64,000 nucleotides of DNA from an uncultured Chitinophagales bacterium (GTDB lineage: Bacteria > Bacteroidota > Rhodothermia > Balneolales > HLUCCA01): assembly GCA_964473555.1 (NCBI GenBank), contig CAYYPL010000005.1:43977-107976 (forward strand), in the 5' to 3' direction. Both the position numbers and the translations under genes were made by a program. Shown piece after piece: positions 22,011 to 32,534 of the stretch. The notes under the pieces were generated by a model, which worked only from the letters and a program-made list of their open reading frames with translations, had not been told where the DNA came from and made no database searches. How positions within the stretch are numbered: position 1 is the stretch's first letter; each line of letters opens with the position of its first letter.

Positions 22011-23168
22011 ATGTCGATGATAGCTAACGAGCAGAACGATACCACCACACCCTCTGAAATTCCGTCTCTGTTCGCTAAAGGATTCCTGATGGGCTCTGCC
22101 GATGTGGTCCCTGGGGTGAGTGGTGGGACTATGGCGCTGATCACAGGAATCTATGAGCGCCTGATTAACGCCATAAAAAGTGCCGATTTGAACGTGATCG
22201 GAGCTCTGCTACGATTCAGGTTTACTGAAGTATTCAGCAGAGTTCACTGGTTTTTCTTGTTAGTGCTGCTTACGGGTGTATTATCAGCAATTTTATTTGT
22301 CACACGGGTCATAAAGCTGCCCGAACTGATGTTCACCCATCCAGAGCCAGTATATGGACTGTTCTTTGGGCTTATCGTAGGATCGGTTTGGTATGTTTTA
22401 CGTGGAATCGATACACATCACTGGTCCAGTGTTCTTTGGGTTGCCCTGGGAACTGCAATTGGTTTCTGGGTGGTCACTCTGGTACCCACAGACACCCCTG
22501 AAGATATCTGGTTTATCTTTTTCAGCGGAGCAATAGCCATAACCGCCATGATATTGCCCGGTATTTCCGGCTCATTTATCCTGCTTATTCTGCGCAAATA
22601 CGATTACATTCTGGGACAGTTTGGCAAACTGGGCGGTCCCGAAACCGTGGATGCGCTGTGGGTATTGGTTCCTTTCGCATTTGGACTCGTCGTCGGCATC
22701 ATGCTCTTTTCCAGGGTATTGTCGTGGCTGTTGAGTCGGTATTACAAAGCCACGTTGTACGTTCTGGTTGGATTCATGATTGGATCTCTGTATGTAATCT
22801 GGCCTTTTCAGCACAGAACCTACGCTGAATCAGTACGCACGGAAATGGTACCGGCTCAGGATCCGTTAATTGGCCAGCTCACATCGAAACCCGAATCTGA
22901 TCGTTTGCCCGAATATCGCCGGATTGGTTCTTCATCTGCGGATGGTTCCCTGGTTGAAATGGTAACCATCAAGCAAAAACTCATTGGCAGTGAACCATTT
23001 CTGCCGCGGTTATCCATAGCAGACACCGATAGTCGGCTACACGATGGCCGTCAGTCTATCTGGTACGCTGTTGGAATGATGTTCGTGGGACTTGCGTTGA
23101 TTTATCTGATCCATTTTATGGAGCAGCGTAAATTAAAACAACGATTTTCTCACGACATAACAACATGA
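22011..23168 (+). CDS. DUF368-family membrane protein (family recently assigned as undecaprenyl-phosphate translocase)
   Basis: 385 aa and polytopic. The N-terminal signature is GFLMGSADVVPGVSGGTMALITGIYERLI, and the second repeat is ILPGISGSFILLILRKY. It has an extra C-terminal extension of about 80 aa compared with what I recall as the typical length. Confidence 0.8.
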   Translation: MSMIANEQNDTTTPSEIPSLFAKGFLMGSADVVPGVSGGTMALITGIYERLINAIKSADLNVIGALLRFRFTEVFSRVHWFFLLVLLTGVLSAILFVTRVIKLPELMFTHPEPVYGLFFGLIVGSVWYVLRGIDTHHWSSVLWVALGTAIGFWVVTLVPTDTPEDIWFIFFSGAIAITAMILPGISGSFILLILRKYDYILGQFGKLGGPETVDALWVLVPFAFGLVVGIMLFSRVLSWLLSRYYKATLYVLVGFMIGSLYVIWPFQHRTYAESVRTEMVPAQDPLIGQLTSKPESDRLPEYRRIGSSSADGSLVEMVTIKQKLIGSEPFLPRLSIADTDSRLHDGRQSIWYAVGMMFVGLALIYLIHFMEQRKLKQRFSHDITT

Positions 23169-23926
23169 TAGCTAGACGGTTAGTATGCTCGATTGGCCTC
23201 CTGCTTTTTTCTGTGAACCTGTTGATTGCACAGAGGGATAAAGCCCGTGAAACCTTTGAAGAGTTCGATGCACGCAGGTCTGCAATCACCTTCGAAACTG
23301 CTACCCTACAGATGAGAATTGTGGATCCACGTGGTCGAGTGAGAGAGCGAGAATTACAATCCTGGTCGCATCAGAAAGGGGATGACAGCAAGTCCCTGGT
23401 TCGATTTCTGGCTCCTGCTGATGTGCGTGGTACCGGATTTCTGACCATTCGGGAAGCCGGAAAAGAAGTTCAGCGATTGTATTTGCCAGCACTGAACCGA
23501 ATCCAGACAATCGCATCCGCTCAGCGCGGAGACCGCTTTATGGGAAGCGATTTCACCTATGAAGACATGGGGGATCAGAGTCCGGATGACTTTACTTTCA
23601 GTACACTGGAAGAAAACACCTCAGCAGGCACCATACTCATCAAGGCTGACAGGAAAGAGTCCACCACCTACGCCTATGCGCACTTCCTGATCGACACCAA
23701 ACGCTACGTTCTACTTGAGGCGGAGTATTTTTCTAAGTCAGATCAACTACTGAGGAAACTGGAATCTGAAGATTTGGTTGAGATACGCCAGGGGATCTGG
23801 AGAGCCAACAAACTCACGATGCGTGATGTCAAAGCCAACCGGTTCACTGAGCTCATCTGGAAGTCACGGACGTTAGATGAACCGATACAAGCTAGTATGT
23901 TTACTGAGCGAAGCCTAAGACAGTAG
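23165..23926 (+). CDS. Outer-membrane lipoprotein-sorting protein (LolA-like family)
   Basis: 253 aa with a signal peptide. The start overlaps the DUF368 stop (ATGA). The conserved core is SLVRFLAPADVRGTGFLTI...QRLYLPALNRIQTIASAQRGDRFMGSDFTYEDM. Confidence 0.7.
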   Translation: MIARRLVCSIGLLLFSVNLLIAQRDKARETFEEFDARRSAITFETATLQMRIVDPRGRVRERELQSWSHQKGDDSKSLVRFLAPADVRGTGFLTIREAGKEVQRLYLPALNRIQTIASAQRGDRFMGSDFTYEDMGDQSPDDFTFSTLEENTSAGTILIKADRKESTTYAYAHFLIDTKRYVLLEAEYFSKSDQLLRKLESEDLVEIRQGIWRANKLTMRDVKANRFTELIWKSRTLDEPIQASMFTERSLRQ

Positions 23927-24049
23927 CGCACGAAGCACACATACCTTTGCACACAAGGTGCACTAAGAGCCCAAAGTTCAGATAAATCAGTTAATACAGG
24001 AAGCATAAAACTGCACTTCTCCTGCACTTTCTCACTCTGTGCGCTTCTG
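23926..24049. repeat. Degenerate CACAG-type element (both orientations)
   Basis: 23926..23963 is AGCGCACGAAGCACACATACCTTTGCACACAAGGTGCAC. 24011..24049 is CTGCACTTCTCCTGCACTTTCTCACTCTGTGCGCTTCTG. The ends AGCGCAC and GTGCGCT are complementary. It is much less regular than the other copies. Confidence 0.35.
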
Positions 24050-24077
24050 AAATCCCTAATCTATTATCATCTAAACT

Positions 24078-24106
24078 AAAAAAGGCGCCTTTCAGCGCCT
24101 TTTTTA
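24078..24106. terminator. Bidirectional rho-independent terminator
   Basis: The sequence is AAAAAAGGCGCCTTTCAGCGCCTTTTTT. It forms a GC stem (AAAGGCGC / GCGCCTTT) with a 6-nt loop, flanked by an A-run and a T-run. It lies between the convergent genes 23165..23926(+) and 24109..26328(-). Confidence 0.8.
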
Positions 24107-24108
24107 GT

Positions 24109-26340
<2,232 letters not shown>

Positions 26341-26433
26341 TTAGAAAGTGAATATAAATGCAAGAACGTCGAACGAGATCGTATGAAATTGAATGGGTAA
26401 AATAGTTTTTTTTCGGGATTGACACTAATAAAA

Positions 26434-26540
26434 GAGGGAGTGGGTAGTAGGTAATAGGAAATGAAAAGTGTGAATCAACACAAGCGCCCTGGGGCGAAGT
26501 CTTTGTTCTTAGATCGTGAGCGAAATGGGGAGTGGGAAAT
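26434..26540. repeat. Degenerate GGGAGTG/GGTAGTA-type fragments
   Basis: 26434..26463 is GAGGGAGTGGGTAGTAGGTAATAGGAAATG and 26527..26540 is GGGGAGTGGGAAAT. These are short relatives of the 59035..59093 array, located in the icd / nucleotidyltransferase divergent region. Confidence 0.35.
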
Positions 26541-26670
26541 TATGCTTTTGAAACTTAGTTGCATTTAGTATATTTGGACACCTTGTTCCGGAACGGTGTC
26601 ATTAAACAACATGGTACACGCATTGGTTGGCATCCGGCTCAAAAATGATAATCGATCTAAGAGTTTTGCC

Positions 26671-27423
26671 ATGGGCAACAATACATTACAGACTGCCGTT
26701 ATTTTAGCTGCCGGACTTGGAACCAGGCTGCTTCCACTCACCAGCGACCGTCCAAAATGTTTGGTAGAAGTGGATGGAAAACCCATGCTACAGCGGATGC
26801 TTGAAGAAGTGATTCGGGTTGGATTTACCAAAGTTATATTGGTAACCGGGTACCGCTCAGATAAGCTGAAGCAGTGGCTGGATGCTAATCCCCAGCCCAT
26901 ATCCATAGAATTCATCCACAACGAGGTATTTGATACCACAAACAATATCTATTCTGTCTACAAATTGATTCCAGTATTAAAGGAAGGATTTGTTCTGATC
27001 GAGGCTGATTTACTGCTTCAAAACGATGCATTGGAAGCATTCAGGACTTCAGACCGGATTGCTCTTGCGGCATTCAATCCCAACATCCACTCGGGTACAA
27101 CGGCAGATATAGATGTTCAAGGTAATGTAGCCTCTTTGTATGTGAAAGCCCAAACTGACTATACGGGCGCGTACAAAACCGTTAACATCACCTCCTTTTC
27201 CAGCACATCCTGGAACAAACTGGGAATGCATATAACCTCACTTGTTGAAAGTGGCAGAGACCACATTTTCTATGAACAAGCCATGCAGGACTTGATAGGA
27301 CGGGGTGAATTGTGCTTTGAATGTATCGATTTTACCCGGATTTGGTGGGACGAAGTCGATTCTGTTGAGGATTTGGATCGTGTCACCTCCAGTTTGCGTC
27401 AACTGGATGCCGTAGAGTCGTGA
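26671..27423 (+). CDS. Nucleotidyltransferase (MobA-like NTP_transf_3 / LicC-type cytidylyltransferase-like)
   Basis: The track ORF is 26596..27423. The likely start is ATG 26671 (MGNNTLQTAVILAAGLGTRLLPLTSDRPKCLVEVDGKPMLQR), which is the canonical N-terminal nucleotide-binding loop. Confidence 0.75.
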   Translation: MGNNTLQTAVILAAGLGTRLLPLTSDRPKCLVEVDGKPMLQRMLEEVIRVGFTKVILVTGYRSDKLKQWLDANPQPISIEFIHNEVFDTTNNIYSVYKLIPVLKEGFVLIEADLLLQNDALEAFRTSDRIALAAFNPNIHSGTTADIDVQGNVASLYVKAQTDYTGAYKTVNITSFSSTSWNKLGMHITSLVESGRDHIFYEQAMQDLIGRGELCFECIDFTRIWWDEVDSVEDLDRVTSSLRQLDAVES

Positions 27424-27430
27424 GTAAGGG

Positions 27431-28639
27431 ATGGGCACTCTTCGTAATCCCAAATGGACGTATCCCGGGCAGTGGATATTCTGGCCATTGTCCTGGTTGA
27501 TGGCTAAATGCGTAGCACAGGATCCCGACCTGGTTGTTCTCACGTCATTTCATGGGGATGGATACAGGGGAAATACACGACGCTTGTTCGAATGGCTTCA
27601 CGCCAGAAAATGCGAAGGTGACTGTTCCGGGAAAAGAGTAGTCTGGTTGTCCAGAAACAAGCGCGTCGTAGCCGAATTACAGTCCAGGTTCGGTTCCGAT
27701 TGCGCAGTATATCTTCACAGCCTGCACGGAGCGCTGTTGTTGGTGAAAAGTAAAGTGGCTTTACTTACCCATGGAACGTCCGATTATCCGTTTATGTACA
27801 TTCCGGCCCGGACTCATGTCATCCAGACCTACCACGGATTTCCAACCAAACGGGGAGAGTTTATGCGTCTTGAGGGAGAAGATGCCCCTGGTCCGGTTGA
27901 GTCCTTTTACCTGAACCGAAGATTTCAGCCCATTGATACGTTTTTGTCCACTTCAGACTTTGTCACACAGATATTCTCACAGCGATTCGGACTACCCATA
28001 GAGCGATTTCTCAAGATAGGCTTTCCAGTTAATGATGAGCTCTTGGAGCGAAGTCCGGACCCGGAATGGATCAAACAGATATATCCGCACGCCGATGCCA
28101 AGACAAAGTTGATTCTATATGCACCCACGTTCAGATATAAGTCTGCCACACAACTTTTCCCCTTTAAAGACTTCGACCCTGGTGATTTGTTGCGGTTTCT
28201 GGAGCTTAATAATCTTGTTTTGGCCGTAAGGATCCATCCCAACGATTCGGTCCGGTTACCCTGGTGGGTTGAGGGGATCGATCGTATGGTACGTGCATCC
28301 GACAAGGAAATCGAGCAAGTAAACGAGCTGATTGTCAATGCTGCTGTAATACTAACAGATTACAGTAGTATCTATATCGAAGGATTAGTGCGGGATATCC
28401 CACCTGTATTTATACCCTATGATTTGCACGAATATGAACGAGGGTTTCCCTTTGAATACGCACAGGTAACTCCGGGTCCACAGGTAGACAGCTACGCGAA
28501 TTTGAAGGTGTCAATTCTTGATGCAATAGCAGGTGCGCAAGGGTTCAAGAAACGTCGACAGGAAGTCATGGCCTTGTTTTATGGGCAGGTCGATGCCCAC
28601 TCAACTTTTCGGCTTTGGCAGTATATCTCCCGTATTTGA
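27431..28639 (+). CDS. CDP-glycerol (or CDP-alditol) glycerophosphotransferase family protein (TagB/TagF-like)
   Basis: 402 aa. It has the hallmark KLILYAPTFR motif, followed by ..HPN.. and ..LITDYSSIYIE.. segments collinear with the Glyphos_transf family. Confidence 0.8.
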   Translation: MGTLRNPKWTYPGQWIFWPLSWLMAKCVAQDPDLVVLTSFHGDGYRGNTRRLFEWLHARKCEGDCSGKRVVWLSRNKRVVAELQSRFGSDCAVYLHSLHGALLLVKSKVALLTHGTSDYPFMYIPARTHVIQTYHGFPTKRGEFMRLEGEDAPGPVESFYLNRRFQPIDTFLSTSDFVTQIFSQRFGLPIERFLKIGFPVNDELLERSPDPEWIKQIYPHADAKTKLILYAPTFRYKSATQLFPFKDFDPGDLLRFLELNNLVLAVRIHPNDSVRLPWWVEGIDRMVRASDKEIEQVNELIVNAAVILTDYSSIYIEGLVRDIPPVFIPYDLHEYERGFPFEYAQVTPGPQVDSYANLKVSILDAIAGAQGFKKRRQEVMALFYGQVDAHSTFRLWQYISRI

Positions 28640-29602
28640 TCTTGTGAGCGTCAGGTAAATCAACAGATTGGCTACTCTAGACATCGCACTCGACACGATG
28701 AACATCCCCGCGAGTCCGGCAGTAGCAACGTCTAAAGATCCGGATAACTGAATTCCGATCCATACGAAAACAAGGTCTTTGGCAGGCAGGAACGGAATTC
28801 GATTCAGAACAATACTTGTAGACAAATAGATCAACCACACATAAATCGGGGTCTCGGGTAAAACCACTGCCCACTGAACCACTAACAAGGCATTTTGCAG
28901 CAAAAATCGAAGCAAATAAGTCCAAAAAATATGAAATGCGGTGTTGAAGGGAAGAGAGAAGATATGTCGACGAAACTGTACAGCCAGAGAAATGATCACA
29001 ATCACCGTAAAGATCCCTAAAGCCACGTACAGTAAATTTGCCTGTACCAAAAGTTGCTCAACTGGAATAAATCCAAAGATAATGAGGATCACTACAAGGG
29101 TAATGGCAACTACATTTGAAACAATAGCTGAGATAATGTTTGTATCGCGTACATCCCTCATCAGTTCAAGTTCAGGTTTCTTGGTTACCTTTCTCATTTT
29201 CGAGAACAGATAGAATTCACCCGAGTACCCTAAAATCTCTTCGTTATAGACCCTTTTTATCAAAAACGTACGAAATAATGTACGTTTCTTCACGCTCCAT
29301 AACCTCGTGTATATCAGTAGTTCGGTTGTAGGAAGCATCACATATAAAACGGCAGCAATGAGATAAAACCAAGGGGTAGAAGGAAGGTTTTCTAACACCT
29401 CGCTCCAGCCAATATTCCAGACCTGCCAAACAATCAGAGCAGATACCAGTAAAATCAACATCCTGCGCACAACATCTGGTGCCCATTGTGGAATCTTGGA
29501 TCGAATTACGGTAAATAGTTGGCGAAAGTCGCTGAATTGCATGGAAAAAAATCTACAAAATGGAAGAATCAAAGATAGAAAATAACTCAGAGTTGTGTTC
29601 AC
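28601..29602 (-). CDS. Polytopic membrane protein, flippase-like / LPG-synthase-TM (UPF0104)-like
   Basis: 333 aa with about 8 helices. The N-terminal region LLVSALIVWQVWNIGWSEVLENLPSTPWFYLIAAVLYVM resembles the UPF0104 family. It is convergent with the TagF-like gene and overlaps it by 39 nt. Tentative call. Confidence 0.45.
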   Translation of the reverse strand: MNTTLSYFLSLILPFCRFFSMQFSDFRQLFTVIRSKIPQWAPDVVRRMLILLVSALIVWQVWNIGWSEVLENLPSTPWFYLIAAVLYVMLPTTELLIYTRLWSVKKRTLFRTFLIKRVYNEEILGYSGEFYLFSKMRKVTKKPELELMRDVRDTNIISAIVSNVVAITLVVILIIFGFIPVEQLLVQANLLYVALGIFTVIVIISLAVQFRRHIFSLPFNTAFHIFWTYLLRFLLQNALLVVQWAVVLPETPIYVWLIYLSTSIVLNRIPFLPAKDLVFVWIGIQLSGSLDVATAGLAGMFIVSSAMSRVANLLIYLTLTRSNTGDILPKPKS

Positions 29603-29680
29603 CCTAATAATGGGATCATTCAGATAAGGGAAATCTTAGATTCAGTATGAAACTCTCGACATGTTCTGTAATTTGTGTCT

Positions 29681-30763
29681 ATGTTACAACCCACTATCTA
29701 TACCCTGACGCGTCCTTTTTTGGTGCTGATTCTTCTGAGTCTTCTGAAGACTACCGGCACATTCGCCCAGACCTTTAATCCGTACGGTCCGATGCAACAC
29801 GCGTCCCCTGGATCGATTTTGCCACAATCTGTCGGAGAAAAAGGCTTCAATGAGTTCTGGAACTACCATGTCTATCTGGAACAGGATATCAGAATCCACA
29901 TCACCTTTTCTGCCGTTGATTTTGGATCGATAAAGGCACCTATCGTTGGACTTCGCATGTCCATACAAAACTTCGATGGCAAAACCTGGCACGTATCCCG
30001 GGAATATCCCATTGAGCTTCTTACGGTTCACAAGGACCAGTACAAAGTGATGATGCATCCGGAACGGGAATTGTACTTTGCGGGAAGATTGCCTGACCAG
30101 CACAACGTCGTAGTTTATCTCATCAAAGACGAAATTGAATATCGGGTTGAGCTCAATTTTTCTCAGATGGAACCCTCACTGGTCTGGGGTGACGGGAAAT
30201 ATGGGATAAAAGACACGGGAATCCATGTGATCACACACATTCCCTATGCACGGGTACGTGGATTTATTGAAATCAATGGAAAACGGCAGAATGTATCCGG
30301 TACTGCCTACATGGACCATAGCTGGCAATACGAATCCAGTGTGAAGCTCATACATAGTGCATATAAGTTTGTATCCCACAAAGACCGCAATAACTGGGAA
30401 ATCATCTATATGGTATTACCTCAGGCAAAAGGAGATTATCAGACTATTGGACACCGCATTTCGAGCCACGACGGGAGTATCCGGCATCATGGAATCAACC
30501 GGATAGACTCGCACGAGAACGGAACCATTGAGGGAAATCGCGTATTCAAATTACTCAAACTTAACCTGGGATCTGAAACAGTAACTCTGCATCGAACATC
30601 CGATCGTGAAATCCACACCACATTCGGGGAGTTGAACTGGATTTCACGTAGAAGCGTCCGGACACTTTTGGGTGGAGAGATCATAGATTACAGGGGTCGG
30701 GGTGAGCTGCGGGTTAATGGCAGCGTACATCAAGGCGAATATTCGTTTTTGGTGATCGATTGA
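29681..30763 (+). CDS. Secreted hypothetical protein (weak AttH/CrtC lipocalin-like resemblance)
   Basis: The track ORF starts at GTG 29675, and ATG 29681 is more likely. Signal peptide MLQPTIYTLTRPFLVLILLSLLKTTGTFAQ. It is beta-rich. The GTAYMDHSWQY segment is reminiscent of the DHxWG motif of AttH/CrtC-type proteins. Function unknown. Confidence 0.5.
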   Translation: MLQPTIYTLTRPFLVLILLSLLKTTGTFAQTFNPYGPMQHASPGSILPQSVGEKGFNEFWNYHVYLEQDIRIHITFSAVDFGSIKAPIVGLRMSIQNFDGKTWHVSREYPIELLTVHKDQYKVMMHPERELYFAGRLPDQHNVVVYLIKDEIEYRVELNFSQMEPSLVWGDGKYGIKDTGIHVITHIPYARVRGFIEINGKRQNVSGTAYMDHSWQYESSVKLIHSAYKFVSHKDRNNWEIIYMVLPQAKGDYQTIGHRISSHDGSIRHHGINRIDSHENGTIEGNRVFKLLKLNLGSETVTLHRTSDREIHTTFGELNWISRRSVRTLLGGEIIDYRGRGELRVNGSVHQGEYSFLVID

Positions 30764-30788
30764 TTTGCAGCGGGGCCGCAAATCAATC
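30758..30788 (+). terminator. Perfect 11-bp hairpin overlapping the stop codon
   Basis: GATTGATTTGC (30758..30768) pairs with GCAAATCAATC (30778..30788), with a 9-nt GC-rich loop. The TGA stop at 30761..30763 lies inside the left arm. There is no T-run, so its function as a terminator is uncertain. Confidence 0.45.
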
Positions 30789-30797
30789 TACAGAAAA

Positions 30798-31089
30798 GGG
30801 ATAACAGAAAAGGGAAATGAGTATGGCGAGCGGTTAGGCAGTGGGGAATTGAGGGATTTGAATTTTGGACTCCTATTTTTTTCGAAGAAAAAAACTCATC
30901 AGACAATATATTTCACAAAACGAAGAAAAGATTAAATTGGTGAGCTGAAAGCGGCGAGAAGTGGAGCAGGCTAGCGGTCAGGAAATGGGGAATGAGAAGT
31001 TCACTTACGAGCAACGTTCTCAAACTTCATTCTAGACCCTTATATATGATTTCCGCTTGCAATTCGAACCCTCAACCCAACTCCCATTT
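30798..31089. repeat. Degenerate modular element (G-rich left arms, complementary C-rich right arm)
   Basis: 30798..30860 is GGGATAACAGAAAAGGGAAATGAGTATGGCGAGCGGTTAGGCAGTGGGGAATTGAGGGATTTG. 30951..31000 is GCGGCGAGAAGTGGAGCAGGCTAGCGGTCAGGAAATGGGGAATGAGAAGT. 31051..31089 is TTCCGCTTGCAATTCGAACCCTCAACCCAACTCCCATTT, which is complementary in type to the left arm. Confidence 0.4.
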
Positions 31090-31113
31090 GAAATCTTAAA
31101 CCTATAATCACAG

Positions 31114-32343
31114 ATGATGAATAAGCTTACCCAGCTGCTTAAGTCATCTTTCCTGGAGGTCCTGAAGGACTCAGATCCTGCTAAACGTGTGTTTTCAACA
31201 TTCAAGCTTGAAAACAACGCTCTATTATTCAAGGACTATCGGGTACCTCTCGATGAGTTTCACAACATCTATGTTTTTGGTGCCGGTAAGGCTGCCGGAC
31301 AGGTAGCATTGGGTCTGCAAGACCTTCTGGGAGATAAAATTACCAGAGGATGTGTCATCACTTCGGTGGAAAAACCCGATGTATATGGAAACATTGTGAT
31401 CTTACCCGGAGACCATCCATTACCTGCACTGAGGAGTCATAGTAGTTCGACAGTGCTGGTCAATGAACTTCAACAAGTCACTTCAAATGATCTGGTACTC
31501 TTCATTACCACTGGTGGAGCATCGTCAATGTTTTGTGTCCCTGAGGACGGACTCGATTGGCAGGATTTACGAACTCGTACGGCTGAATTGCTTCGTTCCG
31601 GGAAAAATATCGATCAGATGAACCGGATCCGATCCAATTGGGATAAAGTAAAAGCAGGAAAAACATTGCGTTATGCAAAACCAAAAAGCTGGATTAATCT
31701 GCTGATCTCTGATGTGCCCGGAGATGATCCATCCGTTATTGGAAGCGGTCCGGCCATAGCAACCAAATCAACACCTAAATCCTGGCTGCCGGAAAAATAC
31801 GCTGTGGTTTTTCTGGACAGGCCGTATGAGTTTGCGTTTTCGTTGGGAGCACATCTCAACGTGCGCTCCCCGGACCTGGAATTGATCGTGGAAGAGCATG
31901 CATACAACCAGGATGTAAATCAAGTAGCGCAGGTAATGGTAAAAAACGCCATTTTTGCACATATAAGTTTGAATAAAGGTCAAGGACTCATGGTTGTGTA
32001 TCATGGCGAGAGTACGGTTAAGGTGACCGGTGATGGAAACGGTGGCCGAAACCATCATCTCGGATTGCTGGTTATGTCGCAAATGGATGCATTACTGCCT
32101 AATAGCGCACAATTTTTTATGTTAAGTGCCGGCACGGATGGGATGGACGGGACAACCAATGCCTCAGGAATCGTCTGCGACAGGAAGGCATTCCAGGAAT
32201 TGGTCAGATCAAAGGGCGACCCGCAAGCGTATATCTCAACGTTCGATTCCGGATCGTTCTTCGAGGGATCGGAATGCGTCATTAATACCGGTCCCACCGG
32301 CACGAATTTGATGGATGTTCAGGTTATTGTCATTCAAGCATAG
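31114..32343 (+). CDS. Glycerate 2-kinase / hydroxypyruvate reductase-like protein (DUF4147 + MOFRL family)
   Basis: 409 aa. The N-terminal domain has IYVFGAGKAAGQVALGL. The C-terminal MOFRL domain has FMLSAGTDGMDGTTNASG and INTGPTGTNLMD. Confidence 0.8.
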   Translation: MMNKLTQLLKSSFLEVLKDSDPAKRVFSTFKLENNALLFKDYRVPLDEFHNIYVFGAGKAAGQVALGLQDLLGDKITRGCVITSVEKPDVYGNIVILPGDHPLPALRSHSSSTVLVNELQQVTSNDLVLFITTGGASSMFCVPEDGLDWQDLRTRTAELLRSGKNIDQMNRIRSNWDKVKAGKTLRYAKPKSWINLLISDVPGDDPSVIGSGPAIATKSTPKSWLPEKYAVVFLDRPYEFAFSLGAHLNVRSPDLELIVEEHAYNQDVNQVAQVMVKNAIFAHISLNKGQGLMVVYHGESTVKVTGDGNGGRNHHLGLLVMSQMDALLPNSAQFFMLSAGTDGMDGTTNASGIVCDRKAFQELVRSKGDPQAYISTFDSGSFFEGSECVINTGPTGTNLMDVQVIVIQA

Positions 32344-32534
32344 CTCGAAGTACAAAAGTAGTCAACAGACAGTGATGCAACCGACTAGACACATACCACC
32401 TAAATAAAGACAGAATAGTCTTAATCGTTATTTTTAATGAATCTGTGCCAACTTTTAATCACTTTTAATAACTGGGGATCGAGTTTGTTGCGATTTTTAG
32501 GCCGTTCGTTATACGTAGTAACACCTTGAAAACC

